From assembly GCA_040954595.2 (NCBI GenBank), contig CM082587.2, forward strand, positions 11,959,262 through 12,023,261: a stretch of 64,000 bases of DNA. Reading direction: 5' to 3'. A program made the position numbers and the translations under genes. Shown here one piece after another: positions 21,490-35,178 of this stretch (position 1 is the stretch's first letter; every line of letters starts with the position of its first letter). Below the pieces are notes generated by a model, which saw only the letters and a program-made list of their open reading frames with translations, had not been told where the DNA came from and ran no database searches. The stretch is from Balanoglossus misakiensis (Eukaryota; Animalia; Hemichordata).

Positions 21490-24400
21490 ATATTTTCTGT
21501 AAAATAGACATTTAATTGGCAAGCCGTCCTGCATCAATTATTAATTGTGTACATGCACTAAAGCGCCCTCACTGCTGGGTGTGTTGTATGGTCTTTAACC
21601 CTGTTTCAAATTAGAGTACTTTCTGCAATTTCAAGACAGATCTTACGTGCCATTGGAGAGCTCCATTGACTGGTCATTCATACTGTTTTCATTCATTCAT
21701 TGCGGCATCAATATATTTTATGTATTCTAGCCAAAGAGCTTGGCACCTGTTGAAATGAACTCATCTGCTGTGGGCCAGTTTATTGGTGGCAGTTGAGCTG
21801 AGGAGAGCACCTTCCTTCCCGGCACGCCACCAAGTAAAGTTCCACGCCGCCCACCACAGATGCCAGCATTCATTCATGCGAGTGAGTGTAATTGCAAATT
21901 TGCCTATTCTAGATCTGTAATGGAAATGGAGAAAGTACCTTATATTTTCTGTAAAATAGACATTTAATTGGCAAGCCGTCCTGCATCAATTATTAATTGT
22001 GTACATGCACTAAAGCGCCCTCACTGCTGGGTGTGTTGTATGGTCTTTAACCCTGTTTCAAATTAGAGTACTTTCTGCAATTTCAAGACAGATCTTACGT
22101 GCCATTGGAGAGCTCCATTGACTGGTCATTCATACTGTTTTCATTCATTCATTGCGGCATCAATATATTTTATCTATTCTAGCCAAAGAGCTTGGCACCT
22201 GTTGAAATGAACTCATCTGCTGTGGGCCAGTTTATTGGTGGCAGTTGAGCTGAGGAGAGCACCTTCCTTCCCGGCACGCCACCAAGTAAAGTTCCACGCC
22301 GCCCACCACAGATGCCAGCATTCATTCATGCGAGTGAGTGTAATTGCAAATTTGCCTATTCTAGAATTACGTGCCATTGGAGAGCTCCATTGACTGGTCA
22401 TTCATACTGTTTTCATTCATTCATTGCGGCATCAATATATTTTATCTATTCTAGCCAAAGAGCTTGGCACCTGTTGAAATGAACTCATCTGCTGTGGGCC
22501 AGTTTATTGGTGGCAGTTGAGCTGAGGAGAGCACCTTCCTTCCCGGCACGCCACCAAGTAAAGTTCCACGCCGCCCACCACAGATGCCAGCATTCATTCA
22601 TGCGAGTGAGTGTAATTGCAAATTTGCCTATTCTAGATCTGTAATGGAAATGGAGAAAGTACCTTATATTTTCTGTAAAATAGACATTTAATTGGCAAGC
22701 CGTCCTGCATCAATTATGAATTGTGTACATGCACTAAAGCGCCCTCACTGCTGGGTGTGTTGTATGGTCTTTAACCCTGTTTCAAATTAGAGTACTTTCT
22801 GCAATTTCAAGACAGATCTTACGTGCCATTGGAGAGCTCCATTGACTGGTCATTCATACTGTTTTCATTCATTCATTGCGGCATCAATATATTTTATCTA
22901 TTCTAGCCAAAGAGCTTGGCACCTGTTGAAATGAACTCATCTGCTGTGGGCCAGTTTATTGGTGGCAGTTGAGCTGAGGAGAGCACCTTCCTTCCCGGCA
23001 CGCCACCAAGTAAAGTTCCACGCCGCCCACCACAGATGCCAGCATTCATTCATGCGAGTGAGTGTAATTGCAAATTTGCCTATTCTAGAATCTTACGTGC
23101 CATTGGAGAGCTCCATTGACTGGTCATTCATACTGTTTTCATTCATTCATTGCGGCATCAATATATTTTATCTATTCTAGCCAAAGAGCTTGGCACCTGT
23201 TGAAATGAACTCATCTGCTGTGGGCCAGTTTATTGGTGGCAGTTGAGCTGAGGAGAGCACCTTCCTTCCCGGCACGCCACCAAGTAAAGTTCCACGCCGC
23301 CCACCACAGATGCCAGCATTCATTCATGCGAGTGAGTGTAATTGCAAATTTGCCTATTCTAGATCTGTAATGGAAATGGAGAAAGTACCTTATATTTTCT
23401 GTAAAATAGACATTTAATTGGCAAGCCGTCCTGCATCAATTATTAATTGTGTACATGCACTAAAGCGCCCTCACTGCTGGGTGTGTTGTATGGTCTTTAA
23501 CCCTGTTTCAAATTAGAGTACTTTCTGCAATTTCAAGACAGATCTTACGTGCCATTGGAGAGCTCCATTGACTGGTCATTCATACTGTTTTCATTCATTC
23601 ATTGCGGCATCAATATATTTTATCTATTCTAGCCAAAGAGCTTGGCACCTGTTGAAATGAACTCATCTGCTGTGGGCCAGTTTATTGGTGGCAGTTGAGC
23701 TGAGAAGAGCACCTTCCTTCCCGGCACGCCACCAAGTAAAGTTCCACGCCGCCCACCACAGATGCCAGCATTCATTCATGCGAGTGAGTGTAATTGCAAA
23801 TTTGCCTATTCTAGATCTGTAATGGAAATGGAGAAAGTACCTTATATTTTCTGTAAAATAGACATTTAATTGGCAAGCCGTCCTGCATCAATTATGAATT
23901 GTGTACATGCACTAAAGCGCCCTCACTGCTGGGTGTGTTGTATGGTCTTTAACCCTGTTTCAAATTAGAGTACTTTCTGCAATTTCAAGACAGATCTTAC
24001 GTGCCATTGGAGAGCTCCATTGACTGGTCATTCATACTGTTTTCATTCATTCATTGCGGCATCAATATATTTTATCTATTCTAGCCAAAGAGCTTGGCAC
24101 CTGTTGAAATGAACTCATCTGCTGTGGGCCAGTTTATTGGTGGCAGTTGAGCTGAGGAGAGCACCTTCCTTCCCGGCACGCCACCAAGTAAAGTTCCACG
24201 CCGCCCACCACAGATGCCAGCATTCATTCATGCGAGTGAGTGTAATTGCAAATTTGCCTATTCTAGATCTGTAATGGAAATGGAGAAAGTACCTTATATT
24301 TTCTGTAAAATAGACATTTAATTGGCAAGCCGTCCTGCATCAATTATGAATTGTGTACATGCACTAAAGCGCCCTCACTGCTGGGTGTGTTGTATGGTCT

Positions 24401-27400
24401 TTAACCCTGTTTCAAATTAGAGTACTTTCTGCAATTTCAAGACAGATCTTACGTGCCATTGGAGAGCTCCATTGACTGGTCATTCATACTGTTTTCATTC
24501 ATTCATTGCGGCATCAATATATTTTATCTATTCTAGCCAAAGAGCTTGGCACCTGTTGAAATGAACTCATCTGCTGTGGGCCAGTTTATTGGTGGCAGTT
24601 GAGCTGAGGAGAGCACCTTCCTTCCCGGCACGCCACCAAGTAAAGTTCCACGCCGCCCACCACAGATGCCAGCATTCATTCATGCGAGTGAGTGTAATTG
24701 CAAATTTGCCTATTCTAGATCTGTAATGGAAATGGAGAAAGTACCTTATATTTTCTGTAAAATAGACATTTAATTGGCAAGCCGTCCTGCATCAATTATG
24801 AATTGTGTACATGCACTAAAGCGCCCTCACTGCTGGGTGTGTTGTATGGTCTTTAACCCTGTTTCAAATTAGAGTACTTTCTGCAATTTCAAGACAGATC
24901 TTACGTGCCATTGGAGAGCTCCATTGACTGGTCATTCATACTGTTTTCATTCATTCATTGCGGCATCAATATATTTTATCTATTCTAGCCAAAGAGCTTG
25001 GCACCTGTTGAAATGAACTCATCTGCTGTGGGCCAGTTTATTGGTGGCAGTTGAGCTGAGGAGAGCACCTTCCTTCCCGGCACGCCACCAAGTAAAGTTC
25101 CACGCCGCCCACCACAGATGCCAGCATTCATTCATGCGAGTGAGTGTAATTGCAAATTTGCCTATTCTAGATCTGTAATGGAAATGGAGAAAGTACCTTA
25201 TATTTTCTGTAAAATAGACATTTAATTGGCAAGCCGTCCTGCATCAATTATGAATTGTGTACATGCACTAAAGCGCCCTCACTGCTGGGTGTGTTGTATG
25301 GTCTTTAACCCTGTTTCAAATTAGAGTACTTTCTGCAATTTCAAGACAGATCTTACGTGCCATTGGAGAGCTCCATTGACTGGTCATTCATACTGTTTTC
25401 ATTCATTCATTGCGGCATCAATATATTTTATCTATTCTAGCCAAAGAGCTTGGCACCTGTTGAAATGAACTCATCTGCTGTGGGCCAGTTTATTGGTGGC
25501 AGTTGAGCTGAGAAGAGCACCTTCCTTCCCGGCACGCCACCAAGTAAAGTTCCACGCCGCCCACCACAGATGCCAGCATTCATTCATGCGAGTGAGTGTA
25601 ATTGCAAATTTGCCTATTCTAGAATCTTACGTGCCATTGGAGAGCTCCATTGACTGGTCATTCATACTGTTTTCATTCATTCATTGCGGCATCAATATAT
25701 TTTATCTATTCTAGCCAAAGAGCTTGGCACCTGTTGAAATGAACTCATCTGCTGTGGGCCAGTTTATTGGTGGCAGTTGAGCTGAGGAGAGCACCTTCCT
25801 TCCCGGGACGCCACCAAGTAAAGTTCCACGCCGCCCACCACAGATGCCAGCATTCATTCATGCGAGTGAGTGTAATTGCAAATTTGCCTATTCTAGATTC
25901 TTACGTGCCATTGGAGAGCTCCATTGACTGGTCATTCATACTGTTTTCATTCATTCATTGCGGCATCAATATATTTTATCTATTCTAGCCAAAGAGCTTG
26001 GCACCTGTTGAAATGAACTCATCTGCTGTGGGCCAGTTTATTGGTGGCAGTTGAGCTGAGGAGAGCACCTTCCTTCCCGGCACGCCACCAAGTAAAGTTC
26101 CACGCCGCCCACCACAGATGCCAGCATTCATTCATGCGAGTGAGTGTAATTGCAAATTTGCCTATTCTAGATCTGTAATGGAAATGGAGAAAGTACCTTA
26201 TATTTTCTGTAAAATAGACATTTAATTGGCAAGCCGTCCTGCATCAATTATTAATTGTGTACATGCACTAAAGCGCCCTCACTGCTGGGTGTGTTGTATG
26301 GTCTTTAACCCTGTTTCAAATTAGAGTACTTTCTGCAATTTCAAGACAGATCTTACGTGCCATTGGAGAGCTCCATTGACTGGTCATTCATACTGTTTTC
26401 ATTCATTCATTGCGGCATCAATATATTTTATCTATTCTAGCCAAAGAGCTTGGCACCTGTTGAAATGAACTCATCTGCTGTGGGCCAGTTTATTGGTGGC
26501 AGTTGAGCTGAGGAGAGCACCTTCCTTCCCGGCACGCCACCAAGTAAAGTTCCACGCCGCCCACCACAGATGCCAGCATTCATTCATGCGAGTGAGTGTA
26601 ATTGCAAATTTGCCTATTCTAGAATTACGTGCCATTGGAGAGCTCCATTGACTGGTCATTCATACTGTTTTCATTCATTCATTGCGGCATCAATATATTT
26701 TATCTATTCTAGCCAAAGAGCTTGGCACCTGTTGAAATGAACTCATCTGCTGTGGGCCAGTTTATTGGTGGCAGTTGAGCTGAGGAGAGCACCTTCCTTC
26801 CCGGCACGCCACCAAGTAAAGTTCCACGCCGCCCACCACAGATGCCAGCATTCATTCATGCGAGTGAGTGTAATTGCAAATTTGCCTATTCTAGATCTGT
26901 AATGGAAATGGAGAAAGTACCTTATATTTTCTGTAAAATAGACATTTAATTGGCAAGCCGTCCTGCATCAATTATGAATTGTGTACATGCACTAAAGCGC
27001 CCTCACTGCTGGGTGTGTTGTATGGTCTTTAACCCTGTTTCAAATTAGAGTACTTTCTGCAATTTCAAGACAGATCTTACGTGCCATTGGAGAGCTCCAT
27101 TGACTGGTCATTCATACTGTTTTCATTCATTCATTGCGGCATCAATATATTTTATCTATTCTAGCCAAAGAGCTTGGCACCTGTTGAAATGAACTCATCT
27201 GCTGTGGGCCAGTTTATTGGTGGCAGTTGAGCTGAGGAGAGCACCTTCCTTCCCGGCACGCCACCAAGTAAAGTTCCACGCCGCCCACCACAGATGCCAG
27301 CATTCATTCATGCGAGTGAGTGTAATTGCAAATTTGCCTATTCTAGATCTGTAATGGAAATGGAGAAAGTACCTTATATTTTCTGTAAAATAGACATTTA

Positions 27401-30400
27401 ATTGGCAAGCCGTCCTGCATCAATTATGAATTGTGTACATGCACTAAAGCGCCCTCACTGCTGGGTGTGTTGTATGGTCTTTAACCCTGTTTCAAATTAG
27501 AGTACTTTCTGCAATTTCAAGACAGATCTTACGTGCCATTGGAGAGCTCCATTGACTGGTCATTCATACTGTTTTCATTCATTCATTTCGGCATCAATAT
27601 ATTTTATCTATTCTAGCCAAAGAGCTTGGCACCTGTTGAAATGAACTCATCTGCTGTGGGCCAGTTTATTGGTGGCAGTTGAGCTGAGAAGAGCACCTTC
27701 CTTCCCGGCACGCCACCAAGTAAAGTTCCACGCCGCCCACCACAGATGCCAGCATTCATTCATGCGAGTGAGTGTAATTGCAAATTTGCCTATTCTAGAA
27801 TCTTACGTGCCATTGGAGAGCTCCATTGACTGGTCATTCATACTGTTTTCATTCATTCATTGCGGCATCAATATATTTTATCTATTCTAGCCAAAGAGCT
27901 TGGCACCTGTTGAAATGAACTCATCTGCTGTGGGCCAGTTTATTGGTGGCAGTTGAGCTGAGGAGAGCACCTTCCTTCCCGGGACGCCACCAAGTAAAGT
28001 TCCACGCCGCCCACCACAGATGCCAGCATTCATTCATGCGAGTGAGTGTAATTGCAAATTTGCCTATTCTAGATTCTTACGTGCCATTGGAGAGCTCCAT
28101 TGACTGGTCATTCATACTGTTTTCATTCATTCATTGCGGCATCAATATATTTTATCTATTCTAGCCAAAGAGCTTGGCACCTGTTGAAATGAACTCATCT
28201 GCTGTGGGCCAGTTTATTGGTGGCAGTTGAGCTGAGGAGAGCACCTTCCTTCCCGGCACGCCACCAAGTAAAGTTCCACGCCGCCCACCACAGATGCCAG
28301 CATTCATTCATGCGAGTGAGTGTAATTGCAAATTTGCCTATTCTAGATCTGTAATGGAAATGGAGAAAGTACCTTATATTTTCTGTAAAATAGACATTTA
28401 ATTGGCAAGCCGTCCTGCATCAATTATTAATTGTGTACATGCACTAAAGCGCCCTCACTGCTGGGTGTGTTGTATGGTCTTTAACCCTGTTTCAAATTAG
28501 AGTACTTTCTGCAATTTCAAGACAGATCTTACGTGCCATTGGAGAGCTCCATTGACTGGTCATTCATACTGTTTTCATTCATTCATTGCGGCATCAATAT
28601 ATTTTATCTATTCTAGCCAAAGAGCTTGGCACCTGTTGAAATGAACTCATCTGCTGTGGGCCAGTTTATTGGTGGCAGTTGAGCTGAGGAGAGCACCTTC
28701 CTTCCCGGCACGCCACCAAGTAAAGTTCCACGCCGCCCACCACAGATGCCAGCATTCATTCATGCGAGTGAGTGTAATTGCAAATTTGCCTATTCTAGAA
28801 TTACGTGCCATTGGAGAGCTCCATTGACTGGTCATTCATACTGTTTTCATTCATTCATTGCGGCATCAATATATTTTATCTATTCTAGCCAAAGAGCTTG
28901 GCACCTGTTGAAATGAACTCATCTGCTGTGGGCCAGTTTATTGGTGGCAGTTGAGCTGAGGAGAGCACCTTCCTTCCCGGCACGCCACCAAGTAAAGTTC
29001 CACGCCGCCCACCACAGATGCCAGCATTCATTCATGCGAGTGAGTGTAATTGCAAATTTGCCTATTCTAGATCTGTAATGGAAATGGAGAAAGTACCTTA
29101 TATTTTCTGTAAAATAGACATTTAATTGGCAAGCCGTCCTGCATCAATTATGAATTGTGTACATGCACTAAAGCGCCCTCACTGCTGGGTGTGTTGTATG
29201 GTCTTTAACCCTGTTTCAAATTAGAGTACTTTCTGCAATTTCAAGACAGATCTTACGTGCCATTGGAGAGCTCCATTGACTGGTCATTCATACTGTTTTC
29301 ATTCATTCATTGCGGCATCAATATATTTTATCTATTCTAGCCAAAGAGCTTGGCACCTGTTGAAATGAACTCATCTGCTGTGGGCCAGTTTATTGGTGGC
29401 AGTTGAGCTGAGGAGAGCACCTTCCTTCCCGGCACGCCACCAAGTAAAGTTCCACGCCGCCCACCACAGATGCCAGCATTCATTCATGCGAGTGAGTGTA
29501 ATTGCAAATTTGCCTATTCTAGATCTGTAATGGAAATGGAGAAAGTACCTTATATTTTCTGTAAAATAGACATTTAATTGGCAAGCCGTCCTGCATCAAT
29601 TATTAATTGTGTACATGCACTAAAGCGCCCTCACTGCTGGGTGTGTTGTATGGTCTTTAACCCTGTTTCAAATTAGAGTACTTTCTGCAATTTCAAGACA
29701 GATCTTACGTGCCATTGGAGAGCTCCATTGACTGGTCATTCATACTGTTTTCATTCATTCATTGCGGCATCAATATATTTTATCTATTCTAGCCAAAGAG
29801 CTTGGCACCTGTTGAAATGAACTCATCTGCTGTGGGCCAGTTTATTGGTGGCAGTTGAGCTGAGAAGAGCACCTTCCTTCCCGGCACGCCACCAAGTAAA
29901 GTTCCACGCCGCCCACCACAGATGCCAGCATTCATTCATGCGAGTGAGTGTAATTGCAAATTTGCCTATTCTAGATCTGTAATGGAAATGGAGAAAGTAC
30001 CTTATATTTTCTGTAAAATAGACATTTAATTGGCAAGCCGTCCTGCATCAATTATGAATTGTGTACATGCACTAAAGCGCCCTCACTGCTGGGTGTGTTG
30101 TATGGTCTTTAACCCTGTTTCAAATTAGAGTACTTTCTGCAATTTCAAGACAGATCTTACGTGCCATTGGAGAGCTCCATTGACTGGTCATTCATACTGT
30201 TTTCATTCATTCATTGCGGCATCAATATATTTTATCTATTCTAGCCAAAGAGCTTGGCACCTGTTGAAATGAACTCATCTGCTGTGGGCCAGTTTATTGG
30301 TGGCAGTTGAGCTGAGGAGAGCACCTTCCTTCCCAGCACGCCACCAAGTAAAGTTCCACGCCGCCCACCACAGATGCCAGCATTCATTCATGCGAGTGAG

Positions 30401-31264
30401 TGTAATTGCAAATTTGCCTATTCTAGATCTGTAATGGAAATGGAGAAAGTACCTTATATTTTCTGTAAAATAGACATTTAATTGGCAAGCCGTCCTGCAT
30501 CAATTATGAATTGTGTACATGCACTAAAGCGCCCTCACTGCTGGGTGTGTTGTATGGTCTTTAACCCTGTTTCAAATTAGAGTACTTTCTGCAATTTCAA
30601 GACAGATCTTACGTGCCATTGGAGAGCTCCATTGACTGGTCATTCATACTGTTTTCATTCATTCATTGCGGCATCAATATATTTTATCTATTCTAGCCAA
30701 AGAGCTTGGCACCTGTTGAAATGAACTCATCTGCTGTGGGCCAGTTTATTGGTGGCAGTTGAGCTGAGGAGAGCACCTTCCTTCCCGGCACGCCACCAAG
30801 TAAAGTTCCACGCCGCCCACCACAGATGCCAGCATTCATTCATGCGAGTGAGTGTAATTGCAAATTTGCCTATTCTAGATCTGTAATGGAAATGGAGAAA
30901 GTACCTTATATTTTCTGTAAAATAGACATTTAATTGGCAAGCCGTCCTGCATCAATTATGAATTGTGTACATGCACTAAAGCGCCCTCACTGCTGGGTGT
31001 GTTGTATGGTCTTTAACCCTGTTTCAAATTAGAGTACTTTCTGCAATTTCAAGACAGATCTTACGTGCCATTGGAGAGCTCCATTGACTGGTCATTCATA
31101 CTGTTTTCATTCATTCATTGCGGCATCAATATATTTTATCTATTCTAGCCAAAGAGCTTGGCACCTGTTGAAATGAACTCATCTGCTGTGGGCCAGTTTA
31201 TTGGTGGCAGTTGAGCTGAGGAGAGCACCTTCCTTCCCGGCACGCCACCAAGTAAAGTTCCACG
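21490..31264. repeat. Satellite array 2 (~9.8 kb)
   Basis: Same monomers as array 1; internal 2176-bp block duplication (25493 vs 27669). Confidence 0.98.
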
Positions 31265-31651
31265 TGCATTCCTGGCCCTGGTTTTATTTATGTTTACAGA
31301 CAATATTGCATTTTTGTACAAGTATTTTAATCAACTATAAATTTTGAATGTGTCATTTACCTGAACCGGTCATGTTGACCAGAATGATACATTTCTGCCT
31401 TCACTCACCCTATAAATATGTGATTGAGACATAGGTCATTTGCATAAGCTAACATACCAGAAAGTAAGCATATCTGTTGTTTTCCCTGTGTCACTGCCAT
31501 CAAAGTAAAAATTAGACGTTGTGTAGAGCAAACTCCAATTTTTTGTTCTCAATAAACATGGATGAATTACATAGAATGTGTTTGTTGTTTACAGTCTTTA
31601 AATGACACATTAGATTATGCACTTTACAAAACGTTTCTGAGAAACAAGTGA

Positions 31652-32146
31652 CTAACTAGTTTCTTTCCACTGTGGCCAACGTGGTTCACTGTTTGTGTCA
31701 GAATCTCTCTGTTTTGCAAGGATTTTGAAATCATAGTGGTGACATGCATAGTGAAAATCAGCTACTTTCAAATGTCCGTCATGTTCATGCTGTAATTGAA
31801 TTTTCAAAGCTGGGCTGGCGTGTTTTTTCTTATTTACATAAGTATCACACTTTATACATGTATCTTCATGGGGTTTTTTGAGTCCCGTATTTAGGTCCTC
31901 TCTCACAATTTTACGAAATATCGTATAACTGACAGTTGTTCTTCCCAGAAGAGATTGGTTGGTTATGAACTCTCGGTGTAACTGCGATATACTGTGGTCC
32001 GGCGCCAGGTACGGTTTAAATCGAGGATTCCTGCAGTAGTGAGATTCTACAATTCTGTGCCTGCGTACGTGTTCAGTGATATCAGTCAGCAAATTTGGAT
32101 TGAGTTTCCGACGATGCCCTTTGTGTCGGCCCCTTGCATCTGGCAT
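31652..32146 (-). pseudogene. Truncated duplicate of the transposase N-half gene, copy 2
   Basis: Identical translation to 13731-14225. Confidence 0.85.
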
Positions 32147-32553
32147 CAGACCAGTAAAGTTCCATGTGCATTCCTGGCCCTGGTTTTATTTATGTTTACA
32201 GACAATATTGCATTTTTGTACAAGTATTTTAATCAACTATAAATTTTGAATGTGTCATTTACCTGAACCGGTCATGTTGACCAGAATGATACATTTCTGC
32301 CTTCACTCACCCTATAAATATGTGATTGAGACATAGGTCATTTGCATAAGCTAACATACCAGAAAGTAAGCATATCTGTTGTTTTCCCTGTGTCACTGCC
32401 ATCAAAGTAAAAATTAGACGTTGTGTAGAGCAAACTCCAATTTTTTGTTCTCAATAAACATGGATGAATTACATAGAATGTGTTTGTTGTTTACAGTCTT
32501 TAAATGACACATTAGATTATGCACTTTACAAAACGTTTCTGAGAAACAAGTGA

Positions 32554-33510
32554 CTAACTAGTTTCTTTCCACTGTGGCCAACGTGGTTCACTGTTTGTGT
32601 CAGAATCTCTCTGTTTTGCAAGGATTTTGAAATCATAGTGGTGACATGCATAGTGAAAATCAGCTACTTTCAAATGTCCGTCATGTTCATGCTGTAATTG
32701 AATTTTCAAAGCTGGGCTGGCGTGTTTTTTCTTATTTACATAAGTATCACACTTTATACATGTATCTTCATGGGGTTTTCTGAGTCCCGTATTTAGGTCC
32801 TCTCTCACAATTTTACGAAATATCGTATAACTGACAGTTGTTCTTCCCAGAAGAGATTGGTTGGTTATGAACTCTCGGTGTAACTGCGATATACTGTGGT
32901 CCGGCGCCAGGTACGGTTTAAATCGAGGATTCCTGCAGTAGTGAGATTCTACAATTCTGTGCCTGCGTACGTGTTCAGTGATATCAGTCAGCAAATTTGG
33001 ATTGAGTTTCCGACGATGCCCTTTGTGTCGGCCCCTTGCATCTGGCATCAGACCAGTTGAACAGTGCATCATTTTGCTTAGAACGGTTCTAGTCCGCCTC
33101 TCACTAATGCCAAATAATTTCAGGAATGCATTTTTGCAGACAGTAACCGTTTCACCGCCTTCATTCACCAGGTGATAACGAACCGATTTCTTGTGTGACT
33201 TCATCTGTATATCCATCAGTTTGTAGAGCATCAAGTTCTGTTCATTATACACGCGACCATCAAAATATTTTCTCGTGGTGCCTAAAACATGCGTACTCCC
33301 AAGCTTCCGCAGACAATTCCCTTGAACGCAGGCGCATTCCAAGGAAAGACTGTCAATATCTGGAAAAGGGCGATTTTTCCTTGGTTTTTGTCTCGGACAC
33401 GTCTTTTTAGAATTCCTACGTGGCTTGTTGGCTCGAGCTGACAGTTCGGTTCTGCGTTGCTGCCACACAGGAATGGGTTCCCACGCATAAGCAACTCCCC
33501 GGCAGGCCAT
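32554..33510 (-). CDS. Transposase N-terminal half, copy 2
   Basis: Identical translation to copy 1. Confidence 0.8.
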   Translation of the reverse strand: MACRGVAYAWEPIPVWQQRRTELSARANKPRRNSKKTCPRQKPRKNRPFPDIDSLSLECACVQGNCLRKLGSTHVLGTTRKYFDGRVYNEQNLMLYKLMDIQMKSHKKSVRYHLVNEGGETVTVCKNAFLKLFGISERRTRTVLSKMMHCSTGLMPDARGRHKGHRRKLNPNLLTDITEHVRRHRIVESHYCRNPRFKPYLAPDHSISQLHREFITNQSLLGRTTVSYTIFRKIVREDLNTGLRKPHEDTCIKCDTYVNKKKHASPALKIQLQHEHDGHLKVADFHYACHHYDFKILAKQRDSDTNSEPRWPQWKETS

Positions 33511-33681
33511 GGTCACAGCTGAAGTATTTGTTCAAGTACTGACTGACTAAACGCGGCATGGAACAAACGAACGAACGAACGAACGACTTCACGTTCGGAA
33601 AAAAAATCGTTGCGAGCTGTTGGGTGCCTCTATAGTTGTCGGCAACCGTTCTTTTTTATTGCTAAACAATGCTGTCAGAGC

Positions 33682-34695
33682 ATGGAAGGTGTGGTGGAAA
33701 ACGAACAGAGGTTTTGTACGACCAACGATTGGATGGTGCTACATATGGACTTCCACAAGTCATTGCCGGTTCCTAAACTCAGCTCTGAAGACTTTTACTT
33801 TAAATCGAAATTGCAAATGAAGCTCCTTGGAATTTACAACGGGACAACGGAAAAGATGCATTGTTATGTATGGACAGAGCTCGATAGCAGAAAGTCTCCC
33901 GATGAAGTTATTACCTGTCTAAATCACTTTTTTTATAACTCGGGTGTGACCAGCAGACATGCAGTTATTTACAGCGACAACTGCCGTGCCGAATTCAAGT
34001 GTGGGAAGTTAATGTTTTACTATGACTATCTGTTACGAAAGGGCGTGTTTCGACGAATTGACTATAAAACTCTTGTGGCTGGACACACGTACTCCACCTG
34101 TGACCGAGTTTTTGCGTCCATTGAAAGGCATGCAAGTCGTTTCCAGAGTATAGAGACACCTCACGATTGGACATCTGTGATTCGAGGATCTTCTCTGAAT
34201 GGGAACATTGGAGTTACGGAGATGACTCACAGAGACTTTTTCAATTATTCTGATTTCCTGAAAAATGAGTACGTTGTGCGTTATGCAGATACAAACAATG
34301 TAACTTTTTACTACCAAGCCATGCACTATTTTAATTTTGGAGAAGGAGAAAGGCTTGATACCGACGGCAACCTCAGAACATTTAGTCATGCAGATAAAGT
34401 TTGGGTGAGAACATCTCTAGATCCAAGCGAGACCCCGATTGTAGTCGACTTTAGAAAGAAGAAGCAGAACCGGCGTTTACAAGATTGTACGCTGAACAAA
34501 CTTTATCAGGAACGTCGACCACTGGCGAGCAAAGTTTGGCGGGATCTTCAGAGTTTAGCCAAAAATTACCTGTCTCCGGAGGCAATAGAATTTTATAGGA
34601 ATCTACCGCTTCAGGAGAGTAGTGGCACCTCTGCAGACCCGTACGCCTTTCATGATGATGACGACGACGATGATGATGATATGGGCGGTGGTTGA
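33682..34695 (+). CDS. Transposase catalytic DDD half, copy 2
   Basis: Identical translation to copy 1. Confidence 0.85.
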   Translation: MEGVVENEQRFCTTNDWMVLHMDFHKSLPVPKLSSEDFYFKSKLQMKLLGIYNGTTEKMHCYVWTELDSRKSPDEVITCLNHFFYNSGVTSRHAVIYSDNCRAEFKCGKLMFYYDYLLRKGVFRRIDYKTLVAGHTYSTCDRVFASIERHASRFQSIETPHDWTSVIRGSSLNGNIGVTEMTHRDFFNYSDFLKNEYVVRYADTNNVTFYYQAMHYFNFGEGERLDTDGNLRTFSHADKVWVRTSLDPSETPIVVDFRKKKQNRRLQDCTLNKLYQERRPLASKVWRDLQSLAKNYLSPEAIEFYRNLPLQESSGTSADPYAFHDDDDDDDDDMGGG

Positions 34696-35178
34696 ACAAA
34701 CTGTCCTTTTCATGACGACAGTGATTTTGGATATTTGATGTGCGTGCACAGTTTATATGTAATATTTTCACACGAACGAGTTTTGACTGAATTTGATTAA
34801 AGAATGTACTCGATAATTAACAAATGTGCTGAATCGTGGTTATTATGTTGTTAATTTTTGTTTGTTTGTTTGTTTGTTTGTAAACAATTTCCGTTCATTC
34901 AACTGGCTACAAAGTTGGATTTTTGTACTGGGAAGCGATAAACTCGCACATCAAAACCGGGGAGACTCGATCATTTTTCCCTGCAGGTAGCCTGAAAAGC
35001 ACCCGGGCAGAGATTACGTCATATATGGTCCACTTTAATACGAAATTATGCAAATGTGACATTTCACGGAAACGGCGTATATAAAAGCGACCCTGGGCTA
35101 TTGTTCGGAATGCGTCATCGACGAGAGAGTGACTGATAATTCTTCTACCTCGAGTCAACCATTCTGTATATACTGAAC

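Larger units (their letters stand above)
13344..21639. mobile_element. Cassette copy 1: putative autonomous Sola1-like DNA transposon body, ending in the right TIR of B at 21639
   Basis: Unique sequence 13344-21489 carries split transposase, SET and His-Me nuclease genes and joins directly to the last 150 bp of B (21490-21639); no left TIR at its left junction. Confidence 0.75.
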
